Below the pieces are notes generated by a model that was not told the origin of the DNA, made no database searches, and was given only the letters and a program-made list of their open reading frames with translations. This document shows positions 12,455-27,200 of a stretch of DNA of 64,000 bases, piece by piece (within the stretch, counting starts at the first letter, position 1; each line of letters begins with the position of its first letter). The translations under genes and the position numbers were made by a program. The DNA is from Prorocentrum cordatum. Lineage: Eukaryota. The stretch spans positions 1-64,000 of the forward strand of contig CAUYUJ010000101.1 of the NCBI GenBank assembly GCA_963575745.1. Reading direction: 5' to 3'.

Positions 12455-14790
12455 ACGTCACTCCGCTGGGCCACCCAGCAGCCCTCGAAAGTGGTGACAG
12501 TTTCGCAGATCGCAGCCCTTCGGGGATGGCGAAGTCGAGCCTGAGTCTGCGTAGGACCCACTCCGCTGGCCCCCCAGCAGCCATCGAAAGTGGCGACGGT
12601 TTCGCAAATCGCAGTCCCCCAGGAATGGCGAGGTCGAATCTGAGTACCCCACTCCGCTGCCCCCCCCAGCAGCCCTCGAAACTGGCGACAATTTCGCAAA
12701 TCGCAGCCCCCCCCAGCGATGGCGAGGTCTAATCTGAGTCCCCGTGGGGGCTCACTCCGCTGGTCACCCCAGCAGCCCTCGGAAGTGGCGACAATTTCGC
12801 AGATCGCAGCCCCCCAGAGATGGCGAGGTCTAATCTGAGTCCCCGTGGGGCCTCACTCCGCTGGGCCCCCCAGCAGCCCTCGAAAGTGGCGACGGTTTCA
12901 CATCACAGATCGCAGCCCCCCAGGGATGGCGAGATCTAATCTGAGTCCCCGTGGTGCCTCACTCCGCTGGGCCCCCCAGCAGCCCTCGAAAGTGGCGACA
13001 GTTTCACAGATCGCAGCCCCCCCAGGGATGGCGAGGTCTAATCGGAGTCCCCGTCCCCGTGGTGCCTCACTTCGCTGGACCCACCAGCAGTCCTCGAAAG
13101 TGGCGACGGTTTCACAGATCGCAGCCCCCTCAGATGGCGAGGTCTAATCTGAATCCCCGTGGTGCCTCACTCCGCTGGACCCACCAGCAGCCCTCGAAAG
13201 TGGCGACAGTTTCACAGATCGCAGCCCCCCACAGATGGCGAGGTCTAATCTGAGCCCGCGTGGTGCCTCACTCCGCTGGACCCACCAGCAGCCCTCGAAA
13301 GTGGTGACAGTTTCACAGATCGCAGCCCCCCCCAGAGACGGCGAGGTCTAATCTGAGTCCCCGTGGTGCCTCACTCCGCTGGACCCACCAGCAGCCCTCG
13401 GAAGTGGCGACAGTTTCACAGATCGCAGCCCCCCAGGGATGGCAAGGTCTAATCTGAATCCCAGTGGTGCCTCACTCCGCTGGACCCACCAGCAGCCCTC
13501 GAAAGTGGCGACAGTTTCAGAGATCGCAGCCCCCCCAGGGATGGCGAGGTCGAATCTGAATCCCCGTGGTGCCTCACTCCGCTGGACCCACCAGCAGCCC
13601 TCGAAAGTGGCGACAGCTTCACAGATCGCAGCCCCCCACAGATGGCGATGTCTAATCTGAATCCCCGTGGTGTCTTACTCCGCTGGACCCACCAGCAGCC
13701 CTCGAAAGTGGCGACAGCTTCACAGATCGCAGCCCCCCCCCCCCCCAGAGATGGCGAGGTCTAATATGAATCCCCGTGGTGCCTCACTCCGCTGGACCCA
13801 CCAGCAGCCCTCAAAAGTGAGTGGCGACAGCTTCACAGATCGCAGCCCCCCAGCCCCCAGGGATGGCGAGGTCTAATCTGAATCCCCGTGGTGCCTCACC
13901 CCGCTGGACCCACCAGCAGCCCTCGAAAGTGGCGACAGTTTCACAGATCGTAGCCACCCCCAGAGATGGCGAGGTCTAATTTGAGTCCCCGTGGTGCCTC
14001 ACTGGACCCACCAGCAGACCTCGAAAGTGGCGACAGATTCACAGATCGCAGCCCCCCCAGGGATGGCAAGGTCTAATATGAATCCCCGTGGTGCCTCACT
14101 CCGCTGGACCCACCAGCAGCCCTCGAAAGTGGCGACAGTTTCAGAGATCGCAGCCCCCCCAGGGATGGCGAGGTCTAATATGAATCCCCGTGGTGCCTCA
14201 CTCCGCTGGACCCACCAGCAGCCCTCGAAAGTGGCGACAGTTTCACAGATCGCAGCCCCCCACAGATGGCGAGGTCTAATATGAATCCCAGTGGTGCCTT
14301 ACTCCGCTGGACCCACCAGCAGCCCTCGAAAGTGGCGACAGTTTCAGAGATCGCAGCCCCCCCCCCCCAGAGATGGCGAGGTCTAATCTGAATCCCAGTG
14401 GTGCCTCACTCCGCTGGACCCACCAGCAGCCCTCGAAAGTGGCGACAGCTTCACAGATCGCAGCCCCCCAGCCCCCAGGGATGGCGAGGTCTAATATGAA
14501 TCCCCGTGGTGCCTCACTCCGCTGGACCCACCAGCAGCCCTCGAAAGTGGCGACAGTTTCACAGATCGCAGCCACCCCCAGAGCTGGCGAGGTCTAATCT
14601 GAGTCCCCGTGGTGCCTCACTCCGCTGGACCCACCAGCAGACCTCGAAAGTGGCGACAGTTTCACAGATCGCAGTCCCCCAGCGATGGCGAGGTCTAATC
14701 TGAGTCCCCGTAAGACGTCACTCCGCTGAACCCCCCCAGCAGCCCTCGAAAGTGGCGACAGGTTCACAGATCGCAGCCCCCCAGGGATGC
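12455..14790 (+). repeat. Tandem array of ~100-102-bp units (~23 copies)
   Basis: Unit approximately GAAAGTGGCGACAGTTTCACAGATCGCAGCCCCCCAGRGATGGCGAGGTCTAATCTGARTCCCCGTGGTGCCTCACTCCGCTGGACCCACCAGCAGCCCTC. No unique spacers. Confidence 0.97.
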
Positions 14791-14975
14791 AAGAGAAAAG
14801 AGGAGGAGAAGGAGAAGGGAGGAGAGGAGGGGGACGGGAAGGAGGAGAAGGGAAGACGCGACCGCAGTGCTCTATTCAAAACCAGTACCCAACGCAGGAG
14901 GGTTGGGAAACAAAATATCCCAGTGCGACCCTACCTAGGAGTTGGAACCCCTAGGAAAGCAGCCGTAGTAGTGAC

Positions 14976-15335
14976 GCTAAAGCTAAGCTAAAGCTAAGCT
15001 AAAGCTAAGCTAAAGCAAAGCTAAAGCTAAGCTAAAGCTGAGCAAAGGCTAAGCTAAAGCTAAGCTACAGCTAAGCTAAATATAAGCTAAAGCTCAGCTA
15101 AAGCTCAGCTAAATATAAGCTAAAGCTCAGCTAAAGCTAAGCTAAAGCTAAGCTAAAGCTAAGCTACAGCTAAGCTCAAGCTAAGCTAAAGCTAAGCTAA
15201 AGCTAAGCTAAAGCTAAGCTAAACGCTAAGCGAAAAGCTAAGCGAAACGCTAAGCTAAAGCTAAGCTACAGCTAAGTTGAAGCTAAGCTAAAGCTAAGCG
15301 AAAGCTAAAGCTAAAGCTAAAGCTAAAGCTAAAGC
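14976..15335. repeat. (GCTAAAGCTAA)n / (GCTAAA)n simple repeat
   Basis: Directly visible tandem 5/6/11-mers. Confidence 0.95.
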
Positions 15336-15515
15336 TCCCAGGGGACTGGGGGGAACCGCTCCCAGGGGACTGGGGGAACCGCCCGGGGCGCTTTGCACTG
15401 CCCGGCCCCTTCAAGCTAAGAGAGAAAGAACCCTTCTAGGCAGAGCCAAGGTAGGGAACAAACCCAAACCCAAACCCAAACCCAAACCTCTCCGGCCATA
15501 AGTCAGGTGTGACCC

Positions 15516-17930
<2,415 letters not shown>

Positions 17931-20900
17931 GAACGCGCCAAGAGGAAGAGGAGGAGGAGGAGGAGGAGGGGGGAAAGGAGGAGGAGAAGAAGGAGGAGGG
18001 GAAGGAGGGGCAGGAGCAGCAGGAGAAGGGCGGAGGAGGAGGGGGAATAGGATCAGGAGGAGGGATGACGACGACGACGACGACGATGAGGAAAGGAAAG
18101 GAGACCGCGGAGGAGAGGGAGGAGGAGGAGGAGGAGGAGGAGAAGGAGAAGGAGGAGGAGGTGGACGAGGCTACCGCGAACGCGCCAAAGACTTCGCTGG
18201 AGGCGCCGCCAGGGTTGTTTGGGAATGGGGGCCCACCGGCGGCCCAAGAAATCCCCGCGGATACAGAAGGTACACACGGTACGAGGTGTTATTACAAGAA
18301 ATGTAGAGGATGCGGGGCCTAAAGTGCGCCAGAATTTCTCCTCCTCCTCCTCCTCCTCCTCCTCCTCCTCCTCCTCCTCGTCCTCCTCCTCCTCAATGTA
18401 GATGCTGCGGGGCCTAAAGTTCGCCAGAACTCGTGTGGGTCCCAAGGGCCATCGGGGGAGAGGAAGCTTCCATAGGCCACCTGCTGACAGGCCAATTTCT
18501 TATTGAAGCTCCTGACGGAGTCGAAGAGCTGCACGTAATGCTGTTTTTGGAGGAACAAGTGCGTGTCAGCCACCGTGGACCCCAAACATTGTGTTTCTAG
18601 CAATATGTATGGTGCGATCTACGCGGGGCGATATATGTGGTACAACCCATGTTGTACTATTGATGTTGTGCAGTAGAAGTAATGCTACCCGTGTGGTGCA
18701 ATAGTGGTTGTGCAGTTGTATGTGATGCGATCTACGTGGGGCAATACATGCGGTGCATTCTATGTGGCCAATTCACCCTGCCGAACTTGACGTTGTCAAC
18801 TCCCCTGCTCGCGCAATAATTCTACCCACGCACCCGCAACATGGTTTGCAAAACCCATGCAGCGGCGCTGGCTGGTGCATCGCTGAGGCCGCGCTAGCGC
18901 GCGTTGGCTCGCGCGCAGAGCGGCCAGCTAGTCTGGCAAAACCGACGCGGCCGCGGTGGCGCTGACCACTGGGACCTTCCCAGCGCGTCTCGCAGCCCGC
19001 GCTGACGCGCGGGCGGGCGCGGTATCATGGCGACGCCGACAACGGCAGGCACGATGATGATAGCAGCGATGCTGGTGACGATGGTGACAATGACAACGGC
19101 AAGGCCGATAACGGCGCCGATGCTGATCGCGCCGATGACGATGCTGTTCACGTGTCGGCGATGAATGTTTAGAAGGATTTCGACATGCGCGCGCGGCCGA
19201 CGCGCGCGAGTGGCCCGCATGGTGTGATTAAACAAGGATCGCCCACCCACCCCCCAGCACGCGCGCAAGAGCTTTCGAATGGTTTCGACATGCGCGCGCT
19301 AGACGCCCGCTTGGTCGCACTTGGTGAATATTTGAAAACATGTAGTTGCCGCAAGAATTCGCGCAAACCGCTCCCGCAGATGTTTTTCTGATGGCATGTT
19401 GAAAAACCGCTGGGGTTACGAACCTGGGCTTCGTTTTGCAGGATGTCGGCATGCGCGCACGACGACGCGTGCGTGTCGAGTTTGCCCCGTTTCTTCATGC
19501 AAGGGGTCATTGAAAACTGATGATTGTTGATGAGCGAATGTGCGCGCATAGTCTTATTTGACGAGGCGGAGCGGGGTTGTCGATACCAGTTTGGCTGGGA
19601 TGATATGAATTCATATCTAGTATGAACAGCGAGGCAGAATCATGGCAACTTGCACGTACACCGCCAGAGAATACGGATTACGGATAACCCTGGGGGGGAA
19701 GGGGATGGGAAATCCATATTCCTTTTCGAGAGGCGCACGACAGGCGGCGACGAGGCGGCGACGAGGCGGCGACGAGGCGGCGACGAGGCGGCGACGGCAG
19801 CATAGTCGCCAGACCAACACTCAGGCCCAGACGACGGGCGGCGACGCGGCGGCGACGGGGCGGCGACGGCGGCAACATAGCCGCCAGACCGACATTCAGG
19901 CCCAGACGACGGGCGGTGACGAGGCGGCGACAGGTCGGCGACGGCGACGGCGACGTCAACGTAGCCGCCAGCCCGCCATTCAGGGCCAGTTCCTTAGAAC
20001 TGACGTAAGAGCCCCTCAATGCAGGAACCGTTCGGAGAGTAAACAAAAGTTCTTTTAGCAGCGCGCGTGTTTTGAGGATCGGCGCTAGAAACCAAACACC
20101 CTTCCTGGCGTGCACAGCGCAAGGGGAGGCGCCAGAGGCGCCGCCAGGGGGCCCAGCGCCGATCAAAGAAATGCGCTCTGACCTCCGATAGAGTATGCCT
20201 GTGCCGTTGATTTGTCTTCCAAGAGTTGCATTTGATTCCGCTCTTGTTTCGTTCTCGATTTCCGCATGAGGGACAGCATGATGGACAGCGGACAGCATGA
20301 TGGATCCAGCTACCCCAGCCTGACGCACGTTAGGAGCATATGCTAGACACGTGGTGGCAGACAATGGGTTAAGTGAACGGCCCTGGGGGCAAACGTTCCG
20401 TGAACAGCTCCATTACTGAACCATCTCCGATTGGAAACGCAGGATACGAATCAGGTGCTCGCTTTTGGTCGAAATTGTGGGAATGCGTTTGGTGTCGCTT
20501 TTGTTCGGTTCTTTATTTCTTCGTCGCGTGGGCCCACAGGGGGCCATCCCGCGCCGTCCAGGCGAGCTTGCCCGGGCTGGGCGCTGGCAGCCACAGACCT
20601 GCCTGCCCCGCGCCCACGTCCTCCTTGACCTCGCCATCTGCTGGCAGCTTCCCCCTCCTGCTCCCCTCGACCTCCTCGCTGGCACTTCCAGAAGGAGGAG
20701 GAGGAGGAGGAGGAGGAGGAGGAGGAGGAGGAGGAGGAAGAGAAGAAGGAGGAGGAGAAGGAGGAGGAAGAGGGAGCAGGGGAGGGGGAGTGAGAGGGAG
20801 GAGGAGGAGGAGGAGGAAGGAGAAGAAGAAGAAGAAAAAGAATGAGAAGAAGAAGAAGAAGAAGAAGAGGCAGGAGGAGGAGGCGCAGGAGAAGCAGAGC

Positions 20901-22139
20901 CCGAAGACGACGACCACGCCCAATCCACGGACCCACGGCGACGGCGGCGGCGGCGACCGCGAGCGCAGCGGCCAGCGGCGGCTGCGACGACCCACGACCC
21001 TGGCGGCTCGAAGACGGGTCCCCGAGGGATGTGCCCCCCGAGGACGCGCGGCCTCGACGAGGGAGGGCTCGGCTTGGGAGCCCACTCCTATCCTCGGGGC
21101 CGCCCCCTGCACCAGGACCCCGCCCTGCCATCGCCGACGCTGACGTGCGCCAGGCAAGGTCGGGCCGAGGACGGAGGAGCATCCTTCGAGAGCATGAGGC
21201 CCTCCGCCGGCCAACGCAGGGGAGCATTCGAGGGTGCCCTCCCCCAGGATGCGCAAGAACATCAACAAAAGAAAAGCACGAAGAACATGAGGGCACCCTC
21301 GGCGAGCCGACTTCGATCTTGCACCTCGGCCCGACTGCATGCTTTGACCACAGACGCGGGGGGGAAGGAGAGAAGGACAATGCTCGGTGGCAACTCATCG
21401 GAGCCTCGACGCACGTCTGGGCCTGGAGGGCCGGGCCAAGGCGGTGGGCGAGGGCAGGCAGCTGCACGCCGCTCGCCGTCTCCGGTGATGGGAGCGCGCT
21501 GCTCCTCACTGTCCTCCGTGGCAAGTTATGGGAGCCTGGCGTACCGTCCTAATTCCGTCGTAAGCGTCGAACTAGCGTCGATTAGCGGCTGGGAGCCGAT
21601 GCGATAGCCCAATATAGCGTCGATTCGAATCGATGAGCGTCGATTTAGCGTGGATTAGCGTCGATTTAGCGTCGACTAGCGTCGATTCGAAAGAGCCGAC
21701 AAGATGACACGGGAGGCTCCCACGACTTGCTACCGAGGACAGTGGCGGAGCAGCACGCTCACCTCACCGGAGACGCACACACTTAATAACGTCGCCTTCG
21801 GGCGTGCAGCTGCCTGCCCTCGCCCACTGCCTTGAAACCCGGCTCTCTGGGCTCAGACGTCCGTCGAGACGTGGTTTTTCTGGCCCGCGGCCCAAGAGGT
21901 CCCGAGCGCTTCCCTGGGGGCGGATCTTCTCCCCCGGTCCACTCCTCCTCCTCCTGCTCCTCCTCCTCCTCCTCCTCCTCGTCCTCCTCCTCCCTCCTCC
22001 CTCCTCCTCCTCCTCCTCCTCCTCCCTCCCCCTCCTCCTCCTCCTCCTCCTCCTCTCCTCCTCCTCCTCCTCCTCCTCCTCCTCCTCCTCCTGCTCTTCC
22101 TCCTCCTTCTCCTCCTCTTCTTCCTCCTCCTCCATTCCT

Positions 22140-22803
22140 TCTCCTGATAGATAACTTCTTCCTGTCGCACACCGAGGCCAGTTTTTAGGGCGGGCCAGGC
22201 GTTTCGCCTGAGACTTCCTCACCACTGCTGACCCTGAAGCTGAAAAATTGACAACAGCTTCACATGTGGAGGGCGGGTCGTTTTCAAAATGTGGCTCTCG
22301 CCCTGGCGCCGCGCACATTCGTTCTAAAAATACGCAAGAGCTTCACGGATTGAGGGCGGGCCGTTTTCAAAATGTGGCTCTCGCCTTAGCGCCGCGCACA
22401 TTCGTTTCCACAATTGCAAGAGTTTGACAATAATGAGGGCGCTCCTTTTGAAGAGATAACTCTCGCCTTAGCGCCGCGCACATTCGTCTTAAAAAAGTTG
22501 GCAAATGGAGTTCTGGAAGAATTCAAGATTATGAGGGTACAACAGTTACGTTGATTCGCGGTCATGAAGTCCCAGGAATGGCGTTCGGGCACGATTCAGA
22601 ATCGTCAAGACGCAACAGTCATGTTGATCCGTGGCGTTGAAATCCCGAGAATATTGTCTTGGCATGCTCTAGGGTATTCAAACGATTGTCTTCCAACGAG
22701 GCAGTTCCCTCAGTGGAAATGAACCGTTGCAGGGTCCTATGAAGAGGGAGCTCGGATGGAGGGTTTACTTCAACATCGTTGAAGCCTCTTGGGTTTACAC
22801 TGG
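22140..22803 (+). mobile_element. Dispersed repeat family C (SINE-like, bounded by (TCC)n tracts)
   Basis: Collinear homologue at ~51800-52500 and a 3'-part copy at ~51545-51720. Internal repeats CTCTCGCCTTAGCGCCGCGCACATTCG. All three copies end ...ACA(C/A)TGGT followed by (CCT)n. Confidence 0.7.
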
Positions 22804-23729
22804 TCCTCCTCCTCCTCCTCCTCCTCCTCCTCCTCCTCCTCCTCCGCCTCCTCCTCCTCCCCCGAGGCGGCATGGCCACAGACCTTCGGAGCTCCGCGCG
22901 GAGCTCCCTCGGATCGGCGCGGGTACATCCTCCCCGCTCCCTGGATCTCCACCCCAGGTCCACTCCCGATGGCCCCGGGGGCCCGAGCGGGGGACCCGCG
23001 ATGCCGACCGAGATCGGGAAGAACTGCCGGGAAAATAGCAAAAACATACAAAACAACAACAACAACAAAAAAACAAAAAAACGTGGCGTGACCCTCGGTG
23101 CGCGGCCTCAGGGAACCGCGAAGGGCCCAAATCTCCACGCGTGCGGGCTGGTGCCGGGGCCAGCCCTGCAAGCCCGCACCAAGACGCCGCTCCGACGAAA
23201 GGTCACCTGGACGTGCAGCCGAGAGGCCTCTCTCTGCTCACGCCCGCCTCCGCCTGCCCTCCGGCGGCCTCCGCCGCCGGAGCCGCCCTCCGCTTCACTC
23301 CGCCGCCCTCCGCTGGCCTTCCGCCGCCTTCCGCCGAGGAAGAGATGGCAACTCCTTCCATCGTCCAAGCTCGGGCCTCGGGCCTCTGGCGACCGCTCGG
23401 GGCGACCCCGGCACCCCCCGGGCACGCCCTCGGCGAGGCGCAGCTCGCGGCGCCGGGACACGACCGTGTCCACTGCTGCGGGGCCGTGCTCCGAGGACTC
23501 GGGGAGCGGCGGCTGTGGATGTCTGCACCGCCAGCGCGGGCGGGCGAAGATGTCCACACCCACCGCGATCCCAGGGAACGGCTCCGGAGCGATGGATGAG
23601 GGCATCTTCCGGCGGTGGGCACCTACTGGAAAGCATCCCGGGGGTGGATGGGAAAAGCCTCCCGAAGCAGGCGTCCGAAAGCCTCGATCGCCGGAGAAGT
23701 CTGCGAGCGTCGGTCGTCGGAGGCGTCGA

Positions 23730-23825
<96 letters not shown>

Positions 23826-24004
23826 TGACGACCACAGCGACGACAACGACGACCGCCACGATGACGACGACGACGACGACGACGAGATCTGGGGACGACC
23901 GCGAGACCGCGAGCGGCTGGCGGCCGAGCAGCCGATGAGGGGCAACGACAGGGGGGGCAGGCAGAGGGGGGGCGCATCGACACCGAATGGCCGATACATC
24001 CCAC

Positions 24005-24174
24005 ATATATATATATATACATACACATACATACATACATACATACATACATACATACATACATACATACATACATACATACATACATACATACATACAT
24101 ACATACATACATACATACATACATACATACATACATACATACATACCATACATACATACATACATACATACATA

Positions 24175-24229
<55 letters not shown>

Positions 24230-24247
24230 AAATATATATACATATAT
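24005..24247. repeat. (TACA)n and (TA)n microsatellite
   Basis: Directly visible. Confidence 0.97.
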
Positions 24248-27200
24248 CTGTATGTTCGACGCATCGTCGATGCAGACCGCCCCGTGCATCGTGTATACAT
24301 CGTCGATGGGTATACATCGCCCTTGCATGTCGTCGGACAGCGCGCCCTGATATCAACGACGCCTCGTCGATGCATCGTCGATGTATCAACCAGTCGAGGT
24401 CGATGCATCCCCCCTACGCCTACCCCCCTCCCAATCGTTCCCCCAGAGCCCATCTTTCTGCGCCCTTTTTCGAGCTACCCAGTGCACGGTTTCCCCCGAG
24501 GCCGTAGGCGACCCGAGGAGGAGGAGGAGGAGGAGGAGGAGGAGGAGGAGGAAGAAGAGGAGGAGGAGGGGGAGGGGGAGGAGGAGATGGAGGAGGAGGA
24601 GAAGGAGGAGAAGGAGGAGGAGGGAGGAGGAGGGAGGAGGAGGTGGAGGAGGAGGAGGAGGAGGAAGAGGACGAGGACGGGTCGCCTAAGCCCTTCGGAG
24701 AAACCCTCCATCCCGGGGCCCGAGACTGGGCGAAAACGCCCGTTGTGAAAAATTGCAACGCTAGGATCTGAGGGTTCGTAATCCTGGGGCCCTCCGCGGC
24801 GGGCGGCGCGGGCGCCGGGATCTCTCATAACCTTTTCGTTTATGACCATTGGCTGTCGCGAAAACGCGTGATCATCCACAACTACTGGCTGTCTCGTATA
24901 TATGTGATTACCCTGATATAGCAGCGGAAGAAAAAACGGTTCAAAGGGCAAACACTACAAAAACAAGCATAAAAACAAAAAGCGTGTTAACAACCACAGT
25001 GTCTGAGGGTATGCCTACTTACCTAGGGCAACTATCTTCGCGCTTCGCGCAAGCCGCGAAGCGCGAGGCGCGATTATCTTCGCACTTTTGCGCCGCCCTC
25101 CGTCAGGAACAGGATGAGGAAATCGCCGAGACCGCAAAGTACGAAACGCGCACCCTCGTGGTGGTCCTAGCCTACTTCCCATATCCCCAACGTCATAATT
25201 TTTCCATGACGTCGACCCCCAGAGTTCCCGACCCATTCCCCAGGACCGGCTCTTCATCCCGAACCGTTCTTTCACAGTCCCGAGAGCCAGTAAGGGCCCC
25301 CAAAGGCCGATAATGGCGAAAAAACTCCCGTCGTGATGTCTTCATAACTCGAGGGGGTCTGGGAGGCAAGCCTGTCCTCGGTCCACGACACGCAAGGGTG
25401 CCCCTTCGCCGGAGAGGCCTCTGGTGCGGGCTCACAGAAGGAAGGGGGAGGAGGAGGAGGAGGAGGCGCAGGAGGAGGAAGAGGAGGAGGAGGAGGAGGA
25501 GGAGGAGGGAAGGAGGAGGAGGAGGAGGAGGAGGAGGAGGAGGAGGATAAGGGAGGGGACGAGGAGGAGGAAGCAGGAGGAGGAGGAGGAGGAGGAGGAG
25601 GAGTCGTGACTTGCTCATGACTCGAAGTGGTCTGGGCTCCCGTCCTCCCCTGCCGCTGCCCCCGGGAGCGAGCCTCCGGCGCCACCGCCAGCGGGCCCAC
25701 CGCGGGCGCCAGCGGCGAGGCCGGCGCGGCTGGGCCGCGCGCGCCCGTGGGCGCCGCGGCGGAGGCCGCGCGCGCCCGCGGGGCGGGCCAGCGGAGCGGC
25801 GCGGCCTGGGCGAGGCGTTCGAGGAGTTCGAGGAGTTCGAGGCGCTCGAGGCGCTCGAGGCGTTCGGGGTGTCCGAGGCGCTCGAGGCGTGCGAGGCGTG
25901 CGAGGTGTCCGAGGTGTTCGGGGCGTTTGTTGAGGAGGCCGAGAGGTCCGAGGTCCGAGGTCCCGAGGTCCCGAGGCGTCCGAGGTTCGAGGCTCGGGGT
26001 GTTCGAGGTTGTGTTCGAGGTGTCCGAGGCGTTTGAGGCTCGAGGTGTTCGAGGTTCGAGGCTCGAGGTGCCCGAGGTTCGAGGTTTTTGTTACTTTCGG
26101 CCTCTGGGGGCCCTTGCCGGCCCTCGGAGCCGTCAAAAAATCACTCGGGATCAAAAACCGGTCCCGGTCAGTGGGTCCAGACCTCTGAGGGGCCACTCTC
26201 TTCAACAAAAAACAAAACAAAACAAACAAACAAACAAAAAAACGTTGGGGGTCTGGGTTCGAGGTCTTCAGACGTTCTCGTCAGGTCTCCCTCAGATCCT
26301 GGCGCTGCAATTGTGTCACAACGGGCGTCTTCGCCCGGCTGCGGGCCCTCTCGGAGCGGTACGGCTCGAGAATGGCGCATCAAGATGAGGTGTGGGGATT
26401 CGGTCCGGCTTCTTCTGCGATGGCGCACTTCTTGCTGCAACGTCAGGTGTCAGGGGCGCTCTCGAGAAGCTGCGCCTCGCCGAGAAGCGTCCGGGGGTGC
26501 TCGGATCGTCCCGAACGGCCTCCAGAGGCCCGAGCTCTGGCCCGAAGACCGCCAGGCGTCGTGCCAGCGAGAGTGGGTCGCAGCGCTAGCGGAAGCTGGG
26601 CGCGGTCGTGGCGCGGAGTTGGCGGCAAACCGGGCTACGGGATCGCGGCTTGGGCGCCAGAGGGAGGGGGCGGCGGCCGGGGGAGGCGAGGGGGTGGGAA
26701 CGCGCGCTCAGATCGTGAAGTGAAAAAACTCGGTGGGAGGCTTCTGCTCACCTGAGGCAGGCCCTTACCGAGCCCTGGGGTCGTCCACAAAAAGACAAGC
26801 TTGGGATTTCAAGCCGGTCCCGGGGAAGTGGTCTGGGGAGCCACGCTGAAAAAAGCACGTTGGAGACTCTGGCTCGTGAGCAGCAGCATGCAGTTAGCAT
26901 CATGCACAAACTGCGACTGGCAGCCTTTCCCCTCAAGCTCTTGACGAGCGGCCCGGTTCCGCGAAAGCTCGAGCATCAGAGAAAAGTGATGATCGTCGCA
27001 GCTCTCAGCTTGACTCGTCCCATGATCGACCGCCGCCGGCGCCGACGTCGCCGTCGCCGTCGCAATTGCCGTCGTCCTGCTGCTCCCTCCCTGTTCCTGC
27101 TCCGTTCCTCCTGGCCTGCCTGCGGCATCCTCCTCGTCCTCCTCCTCCTCCTCCTCCTCCTCCTCCTCCTCCTCCTCCTCCTCCTCCTACGACGTTTGCT

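Noticed and set aside
12455..14790. CRISPR-like regular repeat array (also 52780-54490)
   Set aside because: Whole units are repeated with no unique spacers, there are no cas-like ORFs, and the context is eukaryotic.
15459..15488. Telomere-like (CCCAAA)n; also (GGGCTATA)-type run at ~58700-58765
   Set aside because: Few copies, interstitial, and not the TTTAGGG unit.
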